A stretch of DNA of 64,000 bases from an uncultured Acidobacteriaceae bacterium (GTDB lineage: Bacteria; Acidobacteriota; Terriglobia; Terriglobales; Acidobacteriaceae). Positions within the stretch are counted from its first letter, which is position 1. Every line of letters begins with the position of its first letter. A model generated the notes under the pieces. That model was not told the origin of the DNA. It did not search any database and saw only the letters and a program-made list of their open reading frames with translations. The translations under genes and the position numbers were made by a program. The stretch covers positions 93,014-157,013 of the forward strand of contig CAVSFL010000009.1 of assembly GCA_963727295.1 (NCBI GenBank), given 5' to 3'. Of this stretch, positions 18,681-28,500 are shown piece by piece.

Positions 18681-19178
18681 ATGAAACACTTGCTTGCTCT
18701 CGCACTTCTGTTTTTGTCCCTGAAAGCCGTTGCGCAGAACGAAGCCGAAACCAAGGCGATGTACCCTCGCATGGCGAAGGCTCAGGCATATGAGGCCAAA
18801 GGTTTCCACCCTCTCGACTGTTTCGCTGGTCAGGTCAGGATTCGTGGGAAGCGGCTCTCGCGGCAATCGTTTATTGTATTCCGACCCGACGGGGACATGA
18901 AATGCTGCGGTGAGAAGGCGGGTGTCGGGCGCACCGACACGCACGGGCACTTCCTCTTAGAGCCGCTCCGTGAAGGCGAATATTTCGCGGTGTTCGATAG
19001 CAATGGCACCCAGTACACAGCCAGTTTTGCTGTCATTGACAGCTACCAACGATGCGACGGGACGCACGTGGAATTGAACTTTACGGCAGCCAATCAATGT
19101 TCGTTACAAACGTACGCCGACGTTGACTACAACGAGAGCGACTGCTCAGAGGACGATGCTGCTTGCTATCGCAAGTAG
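18681..19178 (+). CDS. Secreted Cys-rich protein with carboxypeptidase-regulatory-like segment
   Basis: Signal peptide MKHLLALALLFLSLKAVAQ. GRTDTHGHFLLEPLREGEYFAVF resembles CarboxypepD_reg. The protein has 8 Cys. The surrounding DNA looks more AT-rich by eye. Confidence 0.5.
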   Translation: MKHLLALALLFLSLKAVAQNEAETKAMYPRMAKAQAYEAKGFHPLDCFAGQVRIRGKRLSRQSFIVFRPDGDMKCCGEKAGVGRTDTHGHFLLEPLREGEYFAVFDSNGTQYTASFAVIDSYQRCDGTHVELNFTAANQCSLQTYADVDYNESDCSEDDAACYRK

Positions 19179-19398
19179 GGCTGAACCTGTTGATTGCTGT
19201 TGCTAAATCCCTATTGCACGCAATCGACACCTTGACGACACAGCGCGTTCATCCCAGTCCGCCTTCCGTCGCTTCCGATGCCACGAACAACGTCTATGGC
19301 CCCGGACACATTACTCCGTGGGTTATACTGCGGCTAAGCGGAAACTTCCCCCGGATCATCGCATCCACATAAGTCAGTTCCGTTGTTTCTAGAAGCGA

Positions 19399-20391
19399 AT
19401 GGGCGATACGCTCCAATTCGTGGTTCACTACGGCTATGCCTTGCTCTTTGGCTGGGTACTGCTGGAGCAGGGCGGCTTGCCCATCCCCGCAACACCTCTG
19501 TTGCTGGCCGCCGGAGCTCTCGCCGGACAGGGCCGCATGCACCTGGCGCTGGTGATTCTTGTCGGTACCGCGGGCTGCATGGGCGCTGATATCTTCTGGT
19601 ATTCGTTTGGCAAGCGCCGCGGAGCAGTCGTACTGAACCTTCTCTGCCGCATCGCGTTGGAGCCCGATTCCTGCGTCCGCCGCACCGAAACCCGCTTCAG
19701 CAATTGGGGCGAGCGCACGCTCCTCATCTGCAAGTTCGTTCCTGGATTGAATACTGCCGCTCCTGCGTTGGCGGGAATGGTGAATCTCCCGTACGGGCGC
19801 TTCCTGCTTTTCGACCTGATTGGCGGATTGCTGTGGACAACCGGTTATTCCCTGCTCGGCTTCCTCTTCAGCAAGCAACTCGACATTATCGCCCGCGACG
19901 CTCACCTGCTCGGCGGCTGGCTGCTGGTCTTGTTCCTGACCGGAGTCGTCGCTTATGTGCTCCATCGCTGGCGCGAGCGGGAGCGCTTCATCAGGCAGGT
20001 GAAGGGCGACCGTATCACTCCCGATGAATTGAAGCATCAGCTGGAGTCGGGTGAGCGTCCGGTGATCATTGACCTGCGCCATCCCTTGGACGTGCTGACC
20101 GATCCGCGGACCTTGCCGGGCGCATTGCAGATCGCGCCTGAAGATCTCACCGCGCGTCGCGGCGAGATCACGCGGGATGGCGAAATCGTTCTCTTCTGTA
20201 CTTGACCGAACGAAGCCACCAGCGCCCGTGTGGCGCTGCAACTCCGGAAGATCGGAATTCGTCGCGTGCGCCCGCTGCTGGGTGGCTTCCACGAGTGGAA
20301 GAGTCTCGGATTTCCGCTGGTGGAGATTAGTCCTGCGGAGATCGATTCCGGAATCTCGACTCGGCACCTTCCCGCCGAAGGCCGCGCGTAA
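19399..20391 (+). CDS. DedA/VTT-family membrane protein fused to a C-terminal rhodanese domain, interrupted by in-frame TGA at 20203-20205
   Basis: ORF 19399-20205 has the DedA motif FVPGLNTAAPALAGM, then the rhodanese N-half (ITPDELK...VIIDLRHP...EIVLFCT*). The same frame continues for 61 codons to TAA 20389-20391 and encodes PNEATSARVALQLRKIGIRRVRPLLGGFHEWKSLGFPLVE. Confidence 0.75.
20220..20238 (+). promoter_or_regulatory. Hairpin 14 nt downstream of the in-frame TGA (candidate SECIS-like element)
   Basis: Perfect 7-bp stem CAGCGCC / GGCGCTG with loop CGTGT. No covariance model was run. Confidence 0.3.
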
Positions 20392-20408
20392 AGTCATCCA
20401 GGGCATTC

Positions 20409-20628
20409 GGTAGAGCTGGCGTTTGGTAGAGCTGGCCTTCGGTAGAGCTGGCCTTTAGGCCAGCGTCCAGCCGTTGTTCCTTATCCGAGTCGGCTTCAGC
20501 CGACGGCACCACAGTCTTGTCGATTCTTAGACGCTTCCAAAGGCATGCCCAATCCAGCGATGGGTGGAGCACGCCTTCAGGCGTGCATAAAAACTCTTGA
20601 TCTAATGAGCGGCTTTAGCCGCTGCGGT
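20409..20628. repeat. REP/BIME-like cluster with a 16-nt-period triplication of the GGTAGAGCTGGC head
   Basis: GGTAGAGCTGGC occurs at 20409, 20425 and 20441. Other modules: GGTAGAGCTGGCCTTTAGGCCAGCG (20441-20465), GAGTCGGCTTCAGCCGAC (20487-20504), GGGTGGAGCACGCCTTCAGGCGTGC (20562-20586) and GAGCGGCTTTAGCCGCTGCGG (20608-20628). Confidence 0.85.
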
Positions 20629-20630
20629 AA

Positions 20631-23600
20631 TCACGGCTTCCTCTTCCGTATCAGCAGGTCAAAGCTGACCACGCCATTCTCGTCGCGCAGCCCTTGCAGC
20701 GTGTATTCGCTGTTGATGTTGTATTCGAATTGAATGATCTCCTGCGCCGAGCGCGCCAGGTCGGTAACGATGGTAAACGTAACATTGCTCGTCACCTGCT
20801 GCTCGATGGTAAGACGCGCATTGGGATCATTTTCCGGCCCGCCAAATGCCGGGTTGATGCGGATCGTGCTACCGCCAAACAGCTTCGAGACGCGGTTGTT
20901 TACCGCCTGACTCAGCGCCGCGCCCAGCAGCGCTCCGGAAGCGTTCTCCCCAAGTCCAGATGACGGTGCCGCCCCAATCGCGTTTTCCGTCTGCGTCGAG
21001 CCGAAGGCCAACAGGGAGATGATGTCATCGCTGGAGAGCGGCGGGTCGGAGCGATACGTGGTATTCAGTCGCTCCATCGTTCCGTGCAAGCCAATCGTGA
21101 TGTCGTAGTCACGCACGCGCGTCGTCGCTTCCACATCCAGCACCGGATCGATGCGCACAGGATTGGTGAAGGTAATGTCGCCGCGCTCCAGGTGATACTT
21201 CGCGCCACCCACCTTGAGATCGCCTTCCGCGATGCTCACGCGTCCCAGCAACACCGGCCGCACCGCCGTTCCCCGCAAGCGCAGATCGATATCGCCGGAA
21301 AGTTTGGCCAGCGAGGTCTGCACCGTTAGCTGCGGAGTGGACAGGATTCTCACTTCGAGGTGCAGATTGTTCAGCGGCGACGTCGGGTTTGGGATGCTGG
21401 GCGGGCCTGAAGCCTCGGCCAGGAGAAATTGCAGATCGGCAGAAGGAATCTGTGCGAAACGCGTAACCGTGATGTTGCCGGTGAGCGAGGCATTCTGCAG
21501 CGTTCCCGTCACGCGCAGCGACTGATCCGCGGTAACGCTGATGCCCGAATAGCGGAAGCGAATGTCGGTCCCATCGGCCGTCAGGTTGAAGCCGATCGTA
21601 CGCCCGAACGTGATGAAGCCTCCGAACTTCACATGTCCGCCGCCCACGCGGCCGGTAAGATTCTCCACCTCCAGCCGGTCCTGATTGAAGACGAGGCTGC
21701 CACTCACGTCGCCCAATCCCGCCGGCAAGTCGATCATCGAGAATCCGGCATGCTGCACCTCCGCTCGGCCCGACATGATCGGATTCGGAACGGTGCCCTT
21801 GATCGTCACATTGATATTCGTTACACCGTACGCAGTGAGATCAGGATAGATTGTTGATGCCAACTTCAAGCTAAGCGAGCCCTCGACACGCAGGTTCAGA
21901 GGGCGATCGTCGGTCAGACTCGCAGTGCCCGTCAGCGTGAAATGCGTGTCCTCGCTGACAATCGTGCAGTGCTGCACACTGACGGTTTGATTCGCCAGGC
22001 TCAACTCCACCGGACCGTCTGTCTTGATCGGAATGCGGTCGACCTCGACAGAAAATTGCTGCACCATGAGATTTCCATGTAACAAGTGAGGGTGCTTCAG
22101 CGGCCCGGTCACCTTGGCCTGACCGTCCAGTGATGCTGTGCCCGTGACCTGTTGCCGCATCTCTGCGGGCAGGAAAGGATCGACATCGAGGTTCGCAAAC
22201 TGCAGCGTCGCGGTCATCGGCATGTCGCCATCTAAATCGGCACTGCCGTCGAGGGTGAATGTCGCCTTCGGGAAGGCTGATCGCGCGGTCAGCGTGAGCT
22301 TCCGGCCGTGCGTAACGGCATCAGCCCTCAGCGCTCCCAGCGTATCGCCGTTGAGCACCAGATTGTCGATCTGCAGGTGTGCATTGATGACCGGCTCATC
22401 CGCTGTTCCCGATCCCCTCACCGTGAAGTTGGCGATGCCGGCGGTTTGCAGGTGCGGAGTTTGCGCTTCAGGAATGTCGGCCAGGTCGATGCTCTGTCCC
22501 GTCAGGTCCAGCTTCACTTCCTTGCTGCGGAAGTTGTAAGCTGCCGAGCCAAGAACGGTCCCGCGCTTGGCCTGCAGATGAATCTCGTCCAACTCCGCAG
22601 CGTGATTTGCGAATTGAATCTTGGAAGTAAGCGCGATGATCGGCCGGCCGTGCGCCAGACCGTCAGTCAGCGAGAGCTGTCCGTGCCCGTGTGGATCAGC
22701 CTCGGTGCCCGCCGCTTGTAGCGTCACATTGAGGTTTCCGCTGATCCGATACTCTGTACCGAAGGCATGCTGCAGCTGGGTGATATCCCCATCGTGAATC
22801 GCGGCTTGAACCTGAAACTGCGAGTTCTCCGTGAAGTTTCCTTTGTCCAAAGCGGTTGAACCATCAAGGGTGATCCGCGCGCTGCCTTCCTGAACTATGG
22901 CGTGGTGCAAGGCCACGCTCGCTGGCGAGTACTCCACGTCCGCAACAAACTGATCGACGTGAATTCGTCTGGGCGGCGCAGTTGGTGGTGCAGGAGGCGG
23001 AGGCTCAGGCGTCGAACTCAGATCGAACCAGGGTTTGTGTTTCGCGGGAGGCGCTGGCGCCTTCTGGGTCGGAGTAGTCGGGGTCGACGTGTAGATATAG
23101 GTGAAGTTCGTAGCCTGCAAATGTCCGGCCACTTGTGGGGCGCGGAAGCGGCCATTCACTGTTCCGTCGAAGCTCGCAGCGCCGTTCAACTCGATCGGCA
23201 GAGGCGCGTTGCCCATCGCCTTCAGCATGGGCTCAAATTCGGCAAGGCCCGTCGTGCTGGCGTTCAACTTCAGCGCGGCTGATGTCGCGCTTAGCGCGCC
23301 TGACGCTTCCAGATGCGAGCGGGGCGTGGTCAACTTCAGCGCCGATAGGTCAATGCGTCCCGAGCGGGCGCCGTATCGGCCCTGAATGCTGCCGCTCACC
23401 GGCAGTGCGGCGTTCGTAGACTGCGCCGGCGCGACGATGTCGAGTGACAGGTCGGCGAAAGCATCGGCCAGCACATGCTTCCAAGACAGGTTGACCGATC
23501 CGGTCACGCTGCCGACGGGATTCAGCTTATCCAGCGGCGCTGATCTGGTCGAAGCCATGCGGGCCAACTCGCTCAACGACAATCCACTCACGCGCAGCCG

Positions 23601-24824
23601 CGCCGAGCCCAGTTCCGGCTCCGCACTCACGCTCTTCACCGCTGCCGAAGTACCGTGCACCTTGCTGGAGTTCCGGCCCACTTGCTTGCCGTTGAGCCCG
23701 ACCTGTTCCGGCGGAGGGGGCGCAGCGGGCGTCAGATTGTTGGGCAGCAGGCTTTTCACCTCGGCATCGCCGGTCACCTGCCCTCCCAGCAAACGGGCCG
23801 TAATGTTGGTCAACGAGAGGTTATTGTTGGCGAGTGAAAAATTCGAGTTCAGGCTCACCCTTCGCAGTGCGATTCCATTGTCCAGGTAGTCGAGATCACG
23901 AGCAACGATCCGCCCGGTCGATGCGTAGCCGGCGGTGTCGGCGTACGTTCCCGAGCCGTCGAGCTGTACGGTTCCACCGCGCAACTGGTAGACGCGCGTC
24001 ACCGCTCCCAGCTGCATAACATCGAGGCTGCTGCTGTACGTAAGCTGTATCTGCGGCCGCTCAAAATCCGTAATCTTGCCGCTCCCGTGCAGCCACGACT
24101 TTTCCGAGGTCAGCTTGAAAGCCGTGATCTCGGCCTGGTTGTGCCAAAGGCTGAACTGCAAATCGGCTTGCGCAGCAACTTCGCGAAGATCCTGATATTT
24201 CCCGTCCATCTTTCCCACCCGAACGCTGCCGTCATATCGCTGGGCCAGGCGATCGTAGGTCATCGCCGCCAACACTTCGTTGACGCTGAAGTCGAGTGCC
24301 AGCTTGTGTTGATTCAGCAACAACATGCCATCGTGCACATCGACGCGGGCGATGGCGAGATCGAATAACTGCTGCACCGGAGACTTAGGATTGGCCAGCT
24401 TCACCCTGGGCTCCGGCGCATTGGTGCTGCCGTCCGGGTTGACGATGATGTGAATGGTGGGAGCATAAAGCTCCACGTGCTCCAGACTAATTTGTCTCCC
24501 CAGGAATGAGACGACGTGCAGCCGCACCAGAGCGCGATCTATGTGGGCATACGGCGATTCGCCGGGAGGCTCAAGCCCGTGGATGGTGAGATTGTCGGCT
24601 TCGAAGGCCCATTCCGACAGGTTCCAATGAAACGCTGCCATCTCCACGCGCCCGCCGGTCGCTTCTTCGATCGACGCAATCACCTTGCGGCGGACGAAAT
24701 CCGCGAAGCTCGCGCTGCGCAGATACCACGCCAGCGAAACAAATCCAGCGAGCAATACGACGACTATGGTCAGGCTGACCCATAGCCATCGACGCGAACG
24801 CCGTTTTTTGACCTCTTCCGCCAT
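20631..24824 (-). CDS. tamB: Translocation and assembly module protein TamB (AsmA-like, DUF490 C-terminus)
   Basis: 1397 aa with an N-terminal TM anchor WLWVSLTIVVVLLAGFVSLAWYL, a long beta-rich body, and a C-terminus ...LTIEQQVTSNVTFTIVTDL...FEYNINSEYTLQGLRDENGVVSFDLLIRKR typical of TamB. Confidence 0.85.
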   Translation of the reverse strand: MAEEVKKRRSRRWLWVSLTIVVVLLAGFVSLAWYLRSASFADFVRRKVIASIEEATGGRVEMAAFHWNLSEWAFEADNLTIHGLEPPGESPYAHIDRALVRLHVVSFLGRQISLEHVELYAPTIHIIVNPDGSTNAPEPRVKLANPKSPVQQLFDLAIARVDVHDGMLLLNQHKLALDFSVNEVLAAMTYDRLAQRYDGSVRVGKMDGKYQDLREVAAQADLQFSLWHNQAEITAFKLTSEKSWLHGSGKITDFERPQIQLTYSSSLDVMQLGAVTRVYQLRGGTVQLDGSGTYADTAGYASTGRIVARDLDYLDNGIALRRVSLNSNFSLANNNLSLTNITARLLGGQVTGDAEVKSLLPNNLTPAAPPPPEQVGLNGKQVGRNSSKVHGTSAAVKSVSAEPELGSARLRVSGLSLSELARMASTRSAPLDKLNPVGSVTGSVNLSWKHVLADAFADLSLDIVAPAQSTNAALPVSGSIQGRYGARSGRIDLSALKLTTPRSHLEASGALSATSAALKLNASTTGLAEFEPMLKAMGNAPLPIELNGAASFDGTVNGRFRAPQVAGHLQATNFTYIYTSTPTTPTQKAPAPPAKHKPWFDLSSTPEPPPPAPPTAPPRRIHVDQFVADVEYSPASVALHHAIVQEGSARITLDGSTALDKGNFTENSQFQVQAAIHDGDITQLQHAFGTEYRISGNLNVTLQAAGTEADPHGHGQLSLTDGLAHGRPIIALTSKIQFANHAAELDEIHLQAKRGTVLGSAAYNFRSKEVKLDLTGQSIDLADIPEAQTPHLQTAGIANFTVRGSGTADEPVINAHLQIDNLVLNGDTLGALRADAVTHGRKLTLTARSAFPKATFTLDGSADLDGDMPMTATLQFANLDVDPFLPAEMRQQVTGTASLDGQAKVTGPLKHPHLLHGNLMVQQFSVEVDRIPIKTDGPVELSLANQTVSVQHCTIVSEDTHFTLTGTASLTDDRPLNLRVEGSLSLKLASTIYPDLTAYGVTNINVTIKGTVPNPIMSGRAEVQHAGFSMIDLPAGLGDVSGSLVFNQDRLEVENLTGRVGGGHVKFGGFITFGRTIGFNLTADGTDIRFRYSGISVTADQSLRVTGTLQNASLTGNITVTRFAQIPSADLQFLLAEASGPPSIPNPTSPLNNLHLEVRILSTPQLTVQTSLAKLSGDIDLRLRGTAVRPVLLGRVSIAEGDLKVGGAKYHLERGDITFTNPVRIDPVLDVEATTRVRDYDITIGLHGTMERLNTTYRSDPPLSSDDIISLLAFGSTQTENAIGAAPSSGLGENASGALLGAALSQAVNNRVSKLFGGSTIRINPAFGGPENDPNARLTIEQQVTSNVTFTIVTDLARSAQEIIQFEYNINSEYTLQGLRDENGVVSFDLLIRKRKP

Positions 24825-24833
24825 CTTTAGTTC

Positions 24834-25550
24834 TTAGTTCAGACCGGCAGCTCGTCCATCTTCCGCCGGCGCGTTAATCCCGGGAATTGTCACATTGCTG
24901 CGAATGTCCGCCTGCTGCCGCAAGTTGTGCAGCCACGCGTCAAGCAACTCGTCGATGTGCTGCTCGGTCAGGAGCTCGCGAATCCGGGAATCAACTTCCG
25001 CCAGCGGAATCGCCTTCGAGCCGTTCTGCTGCAAGTCAGGCAGCAGCCGATTCTTGTAATACGACTCGATGTCTTCCGGTTCGATGTGCACATTGGGACG
25101 CAGGCGAACCTCTACGAAATTCATCACCTGCACTTCCGTCTGCAAATGTTCTTTCAGAATCTCCTCGCTCAGCCCGTAACTTGCCAGCAGCCGTTTCCAC
25201 GCAGCATCATCTTTGCCGTTTGGAACCTGCGCGCGCAGCTTAGCGACGTCCTGTTGCAGCTGCTCCTCCGATGGCTGCATGTAGCTCGCATCGCCCATCT
25301 GCGCTTTCAGCAGCTGCCGGTCGATGAGGTGCTGCAACGCCAGAACGCGGTCCGCTGAGGTCACATGGTCGAGAGGCTTCTGCTGCATGAAAGCTTCGAA
25401 AGCAGTGGCTTCATTCCAATCGCTACGCAGAATCGGCTGGCGATTGACGCTGGCCACTACGCCGTCGATCACTTCACCGGCAAACACCGGCACAACTGCT
25501 GTCAGTGCCAGCAACACAGAGCAAATCGTGAAATACAAAACTCGTTTCAT
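24834..25550 (-). CDS. SurA N-terminal-domain periplasmic chaperone (no parvulin domain)
   Basis: Signal peptide, then IDGVVASVNRQPILRSDW...DRQLL, as in the SurA N-domain. Its start abuts the bamA stop (25551) with no gap. Confidence 0.7.
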   Translation of the reverse strand: MKRVLYFTICSVLLALTAVVPVFAGEVIDGVVASVNRQPILRSDWNEATAFEAFMQQKPLDHVTSADRVLALQHLIDRQLLKAQMGDASYMQPSEEQLQQDVAKLRAQVPNGKDDAAWKRLLASYGLSEEILKEHLQTEVQVMNFVEVRLRPNVHIEPEDIESYYKNRLLPDLQQNGSKAIPLAEVDSRIRELLTEQHIDELLDAWLHNLRQQADIRSNVTIPGINAPAEDGRAAGLN

Positions 25551-28500
25551 TTAGAAAGTTTGTCCAATACTGAAATAAACGTTGATGCGTCGTAGCGAAT
25601 ACGTCTGATTCAATTCCTGAACCGGATAGCGCGTCGGATTGAGCGCGTATCCCAGATCGAAGCGCACCGGCCCGACCGGAGTCTTATAGCGAATGCCCAT
25701 GCCGAGGGCTTGCGAGTTGTAGCTGAAGTTGCATAGTGTCTTGCTGCCCTGCGGCGCGCATTCTGCAATGGACGGCTGATTGAAGGTCACCATTCCACTG
25801 ATGATGTGATTGGCCGTGTCGAAGACGTTGCCCATGTCATGAAAGAACACGAAGCCGAGATTATTGCCAACGTACGGCAGCATCACCGGAGGCGTGCGGA
25901 TCTCCAGGTTGTTGACGAACAGCCCCTGCCCGCCGATCGGGTAGCCGGTTTGCTGGTCACGCGGGCCGGCCTGATTGATCGAGAAGCTGCGCAGCGAGTT
26001 GCTGCCGCCAGCGAAGAACAACTCGGGCAAAGGAATCTGCGTAGCCTCTTCCGGAATGGAATTGGGCGGCAGCTTGCTCAGATCGAGGAAATCATTCGTG
26101 CCATAGGGCTTCTCGATGCCGATCTGGGTTCTCCGCGCAAAAACCCACCTGCGTGCAAAGGTGTAGTAGGTCGAGTTGTCGAGCAGTATGCGTCCGAAGT
26201 TCGTCTGCGATCCCAGAGCGCTGGTCGCGATCCCGAGGTTGAGCGCACCGTACGAGCCTTTTGTCGGGTTGATGGGATCATCGCGTCGATCCCGCACCGC
26301 AGTAAAAGTAGGCATCGCAATAAAAACGGGGCTTGAATAGAGAGCAATGAGCGTGGGATCGATGATCAGGCTGTTGGGGTCGATGGCGACGCGCTGAAAC
26401 GTCAGGCCATAGAGGAAGGTGGTGTAGCGATTCAAACGCTGCTCAACTTGTACCGCTCCTTCCAGGCGTTCCGAAGCAAAGGTATTGACGTCGGCAGTAT
26501 TGTCATACAAACCGCTGACGATGATCCGCCAGTTTTCGCGATGGAAGAGACGCGGCGCGTCATACGTTATCAGCCCACGGCGTGTGAGCAAACCAATCCG
26601 GCCACGAATGCTGAACGTCTGATCGCGGCCGAACATGTTCAGACGCGTAATCTCAAGCACGCCATTCGGGCTCACGCCGGTTGCCCCTTGCGGATTGTTG
26701 GTGGTCGGAATGTTGCCAGTGGCGAACTCGATGCCTCCGCCGTAACGGAACGTCCACCGCTTGGCCTCGGTAAGGTTGAAGAGCACATCTTTCGACGGCT
26801 CTTGCCCTTCAGGGTTCTGCACCGCCATATTGACTTCGTTAAACAAGCCGAGCGAGTAGAGCCGGCGTTGCGATGCAACCATGCGGTTCTGGCTCAACGG
26901 ATCGCCATCCTGAATCCTCATCTGGCGATTCACGATGTACGGGCGCGTGTGGTTCAGTCCGGTAATGAGTACGCGGTTCACGAAAACCCGCTGCCCTTCG
27001 GTGATCTTGTAGACCACATCCATCCGCGGAGGATTGCCGGGGACTGGCACAGTAGACGAGTCAAACTGCACGTTGGGGAAGCCGCGGTCGTAATAGAAGT
27101 AGGTCAAGGAATCGCGATCGCTCACCACATTGGCTTCGCTGAAGGGCTGGCCCGCCACGTTGCTCAGGTTCTGCTCCAGCGCTGCTGCGGTGTAGGTAGC
27201 AGCGCCTTCGACCTTGAGCGCGTTCACCAATGTTTGGGGGCCTTCGTCGACCTTGATGACGACCTGCATTTCATTTTTCTTTCCCTGGTAGTTATCCACC
27301 AGGTCGCCATTCACTTGGACGTTGAGAAATCCGTTCGCCTGATAGAGGATCTTGATCGCGCTGACGTCGTCGGTAAGCACGCGCTGGCTAAAGCGGCCGT
27401 TAGGCAGGAGCACAGTGGACGGCTCAATCTGCATCCGTTCGCGGATTGTAGCGGTGTTGAAATACTTGTTGCCTTGGACGACCACTGAAACCAGCTTGTG
27501 CCGAATACCAGGATCGATGACGTAGACGATGTTCAGGTGGTTCTGTTCTTCGATCGGATGGCGCTCCACATCGACCGTTGCGTCAAAATAGCCGCGCGTC
27601 TGCAGGTAATCGCGCAGGTTGCGGCGACCCTCGTTCAGCAGGTCGTCGTCAACGGAATTTTCCTGATATACGGGGACGAGTTTCTGCAACTGGCTCTTGC
27701 TGATTCCTTGGCCCTCCGTCGTGATGCTGACCGTTGGGCCTTGATCGACCTCGAAGACGTAATCGAGCCGGTTCGTCTCGGGATGGTATTGCCGGCCGAC
27801 CAGTGAGACCTGCGCCTCCAGATGCGCGTTCTTCTGGTAGTGTTTGCGCATTCTCTCCAGCGCTCGAGTGACACGCGGCGAGCTCACCTTAGCGCCTGCC
27901 TTGAGCTTGGTGAGACTGCGAACCTGTTCCGGCGCAATCCCCGCGTCTCCGCGGATGGTGACATCGCCCACCAGCGCCAGCGGCCCGGGAGTGGCGTGGA
28001 AATGGATCGCCATCTGGCTGTCTTTTGGGTTGGGATCCAGCGTGTAGGTGATCGTCGCCTCGTAGTAGCCGTTGTCGGCGAAGATCTTCTTCATGCGGTC
28101 AATGGAACTGACCACTTTGTCTTCGCTGAAGACGTCGCCGAGATCGATCTGGCTGGAAGCGATCAGTTGATTCGGCTTGGGATCGGTCTTCTGCGGAGTG
28201 CCGTCGGCGCTGATCGCGCCATTAAAATAGTTCTCCGTCACGTTAAAGATCAGAGTCAGCTCTCCGCGCGCGTTGCGATCCGCCTCAACATTCAGCGTGG
28301 CGAAGCGTCCGGTAGCATACAGCGCCTTGATGCTGGCACGCAGTTTTTCAGGATCGAGCGGCTCACCGGTCTTCTGCACGAGCAGCGTTCGCAGTATCGC
28401 CGTGTCGGCGCTGGTCACGCCTCGAAAATCGATGTTGCTGACGGTCTGGCCTTCGTACTTGGCTAAGGGACTGCTCTCGCTGGTCTGGGGCGCGGTGGAA

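Noticed and set aside
20177-20413. ORF 20177-20413 (frame 2, 78 aa) as the continuation of the rhodanese gene through a frameshift.
   Set aside because: Its translation (MAKSFSSVLDRTKPPAPVWRC...) has no rhodanese features. The in-frame continuation after the TGA gives the conserved ...ARVALQLRKIG...GGFHEW... sequence. The lesion is therefore a stop codon, not a frameshift.
20409-20628. The clusters of short palindromic repeats could be a CRISPR array.
   Set aside because: The modules differ in sequence and orientation. The spacing is irregular, apart from a 16-nt head triplication that has no spacers. There are no unique spacers of 25-40 nt and no cas genes in the window.
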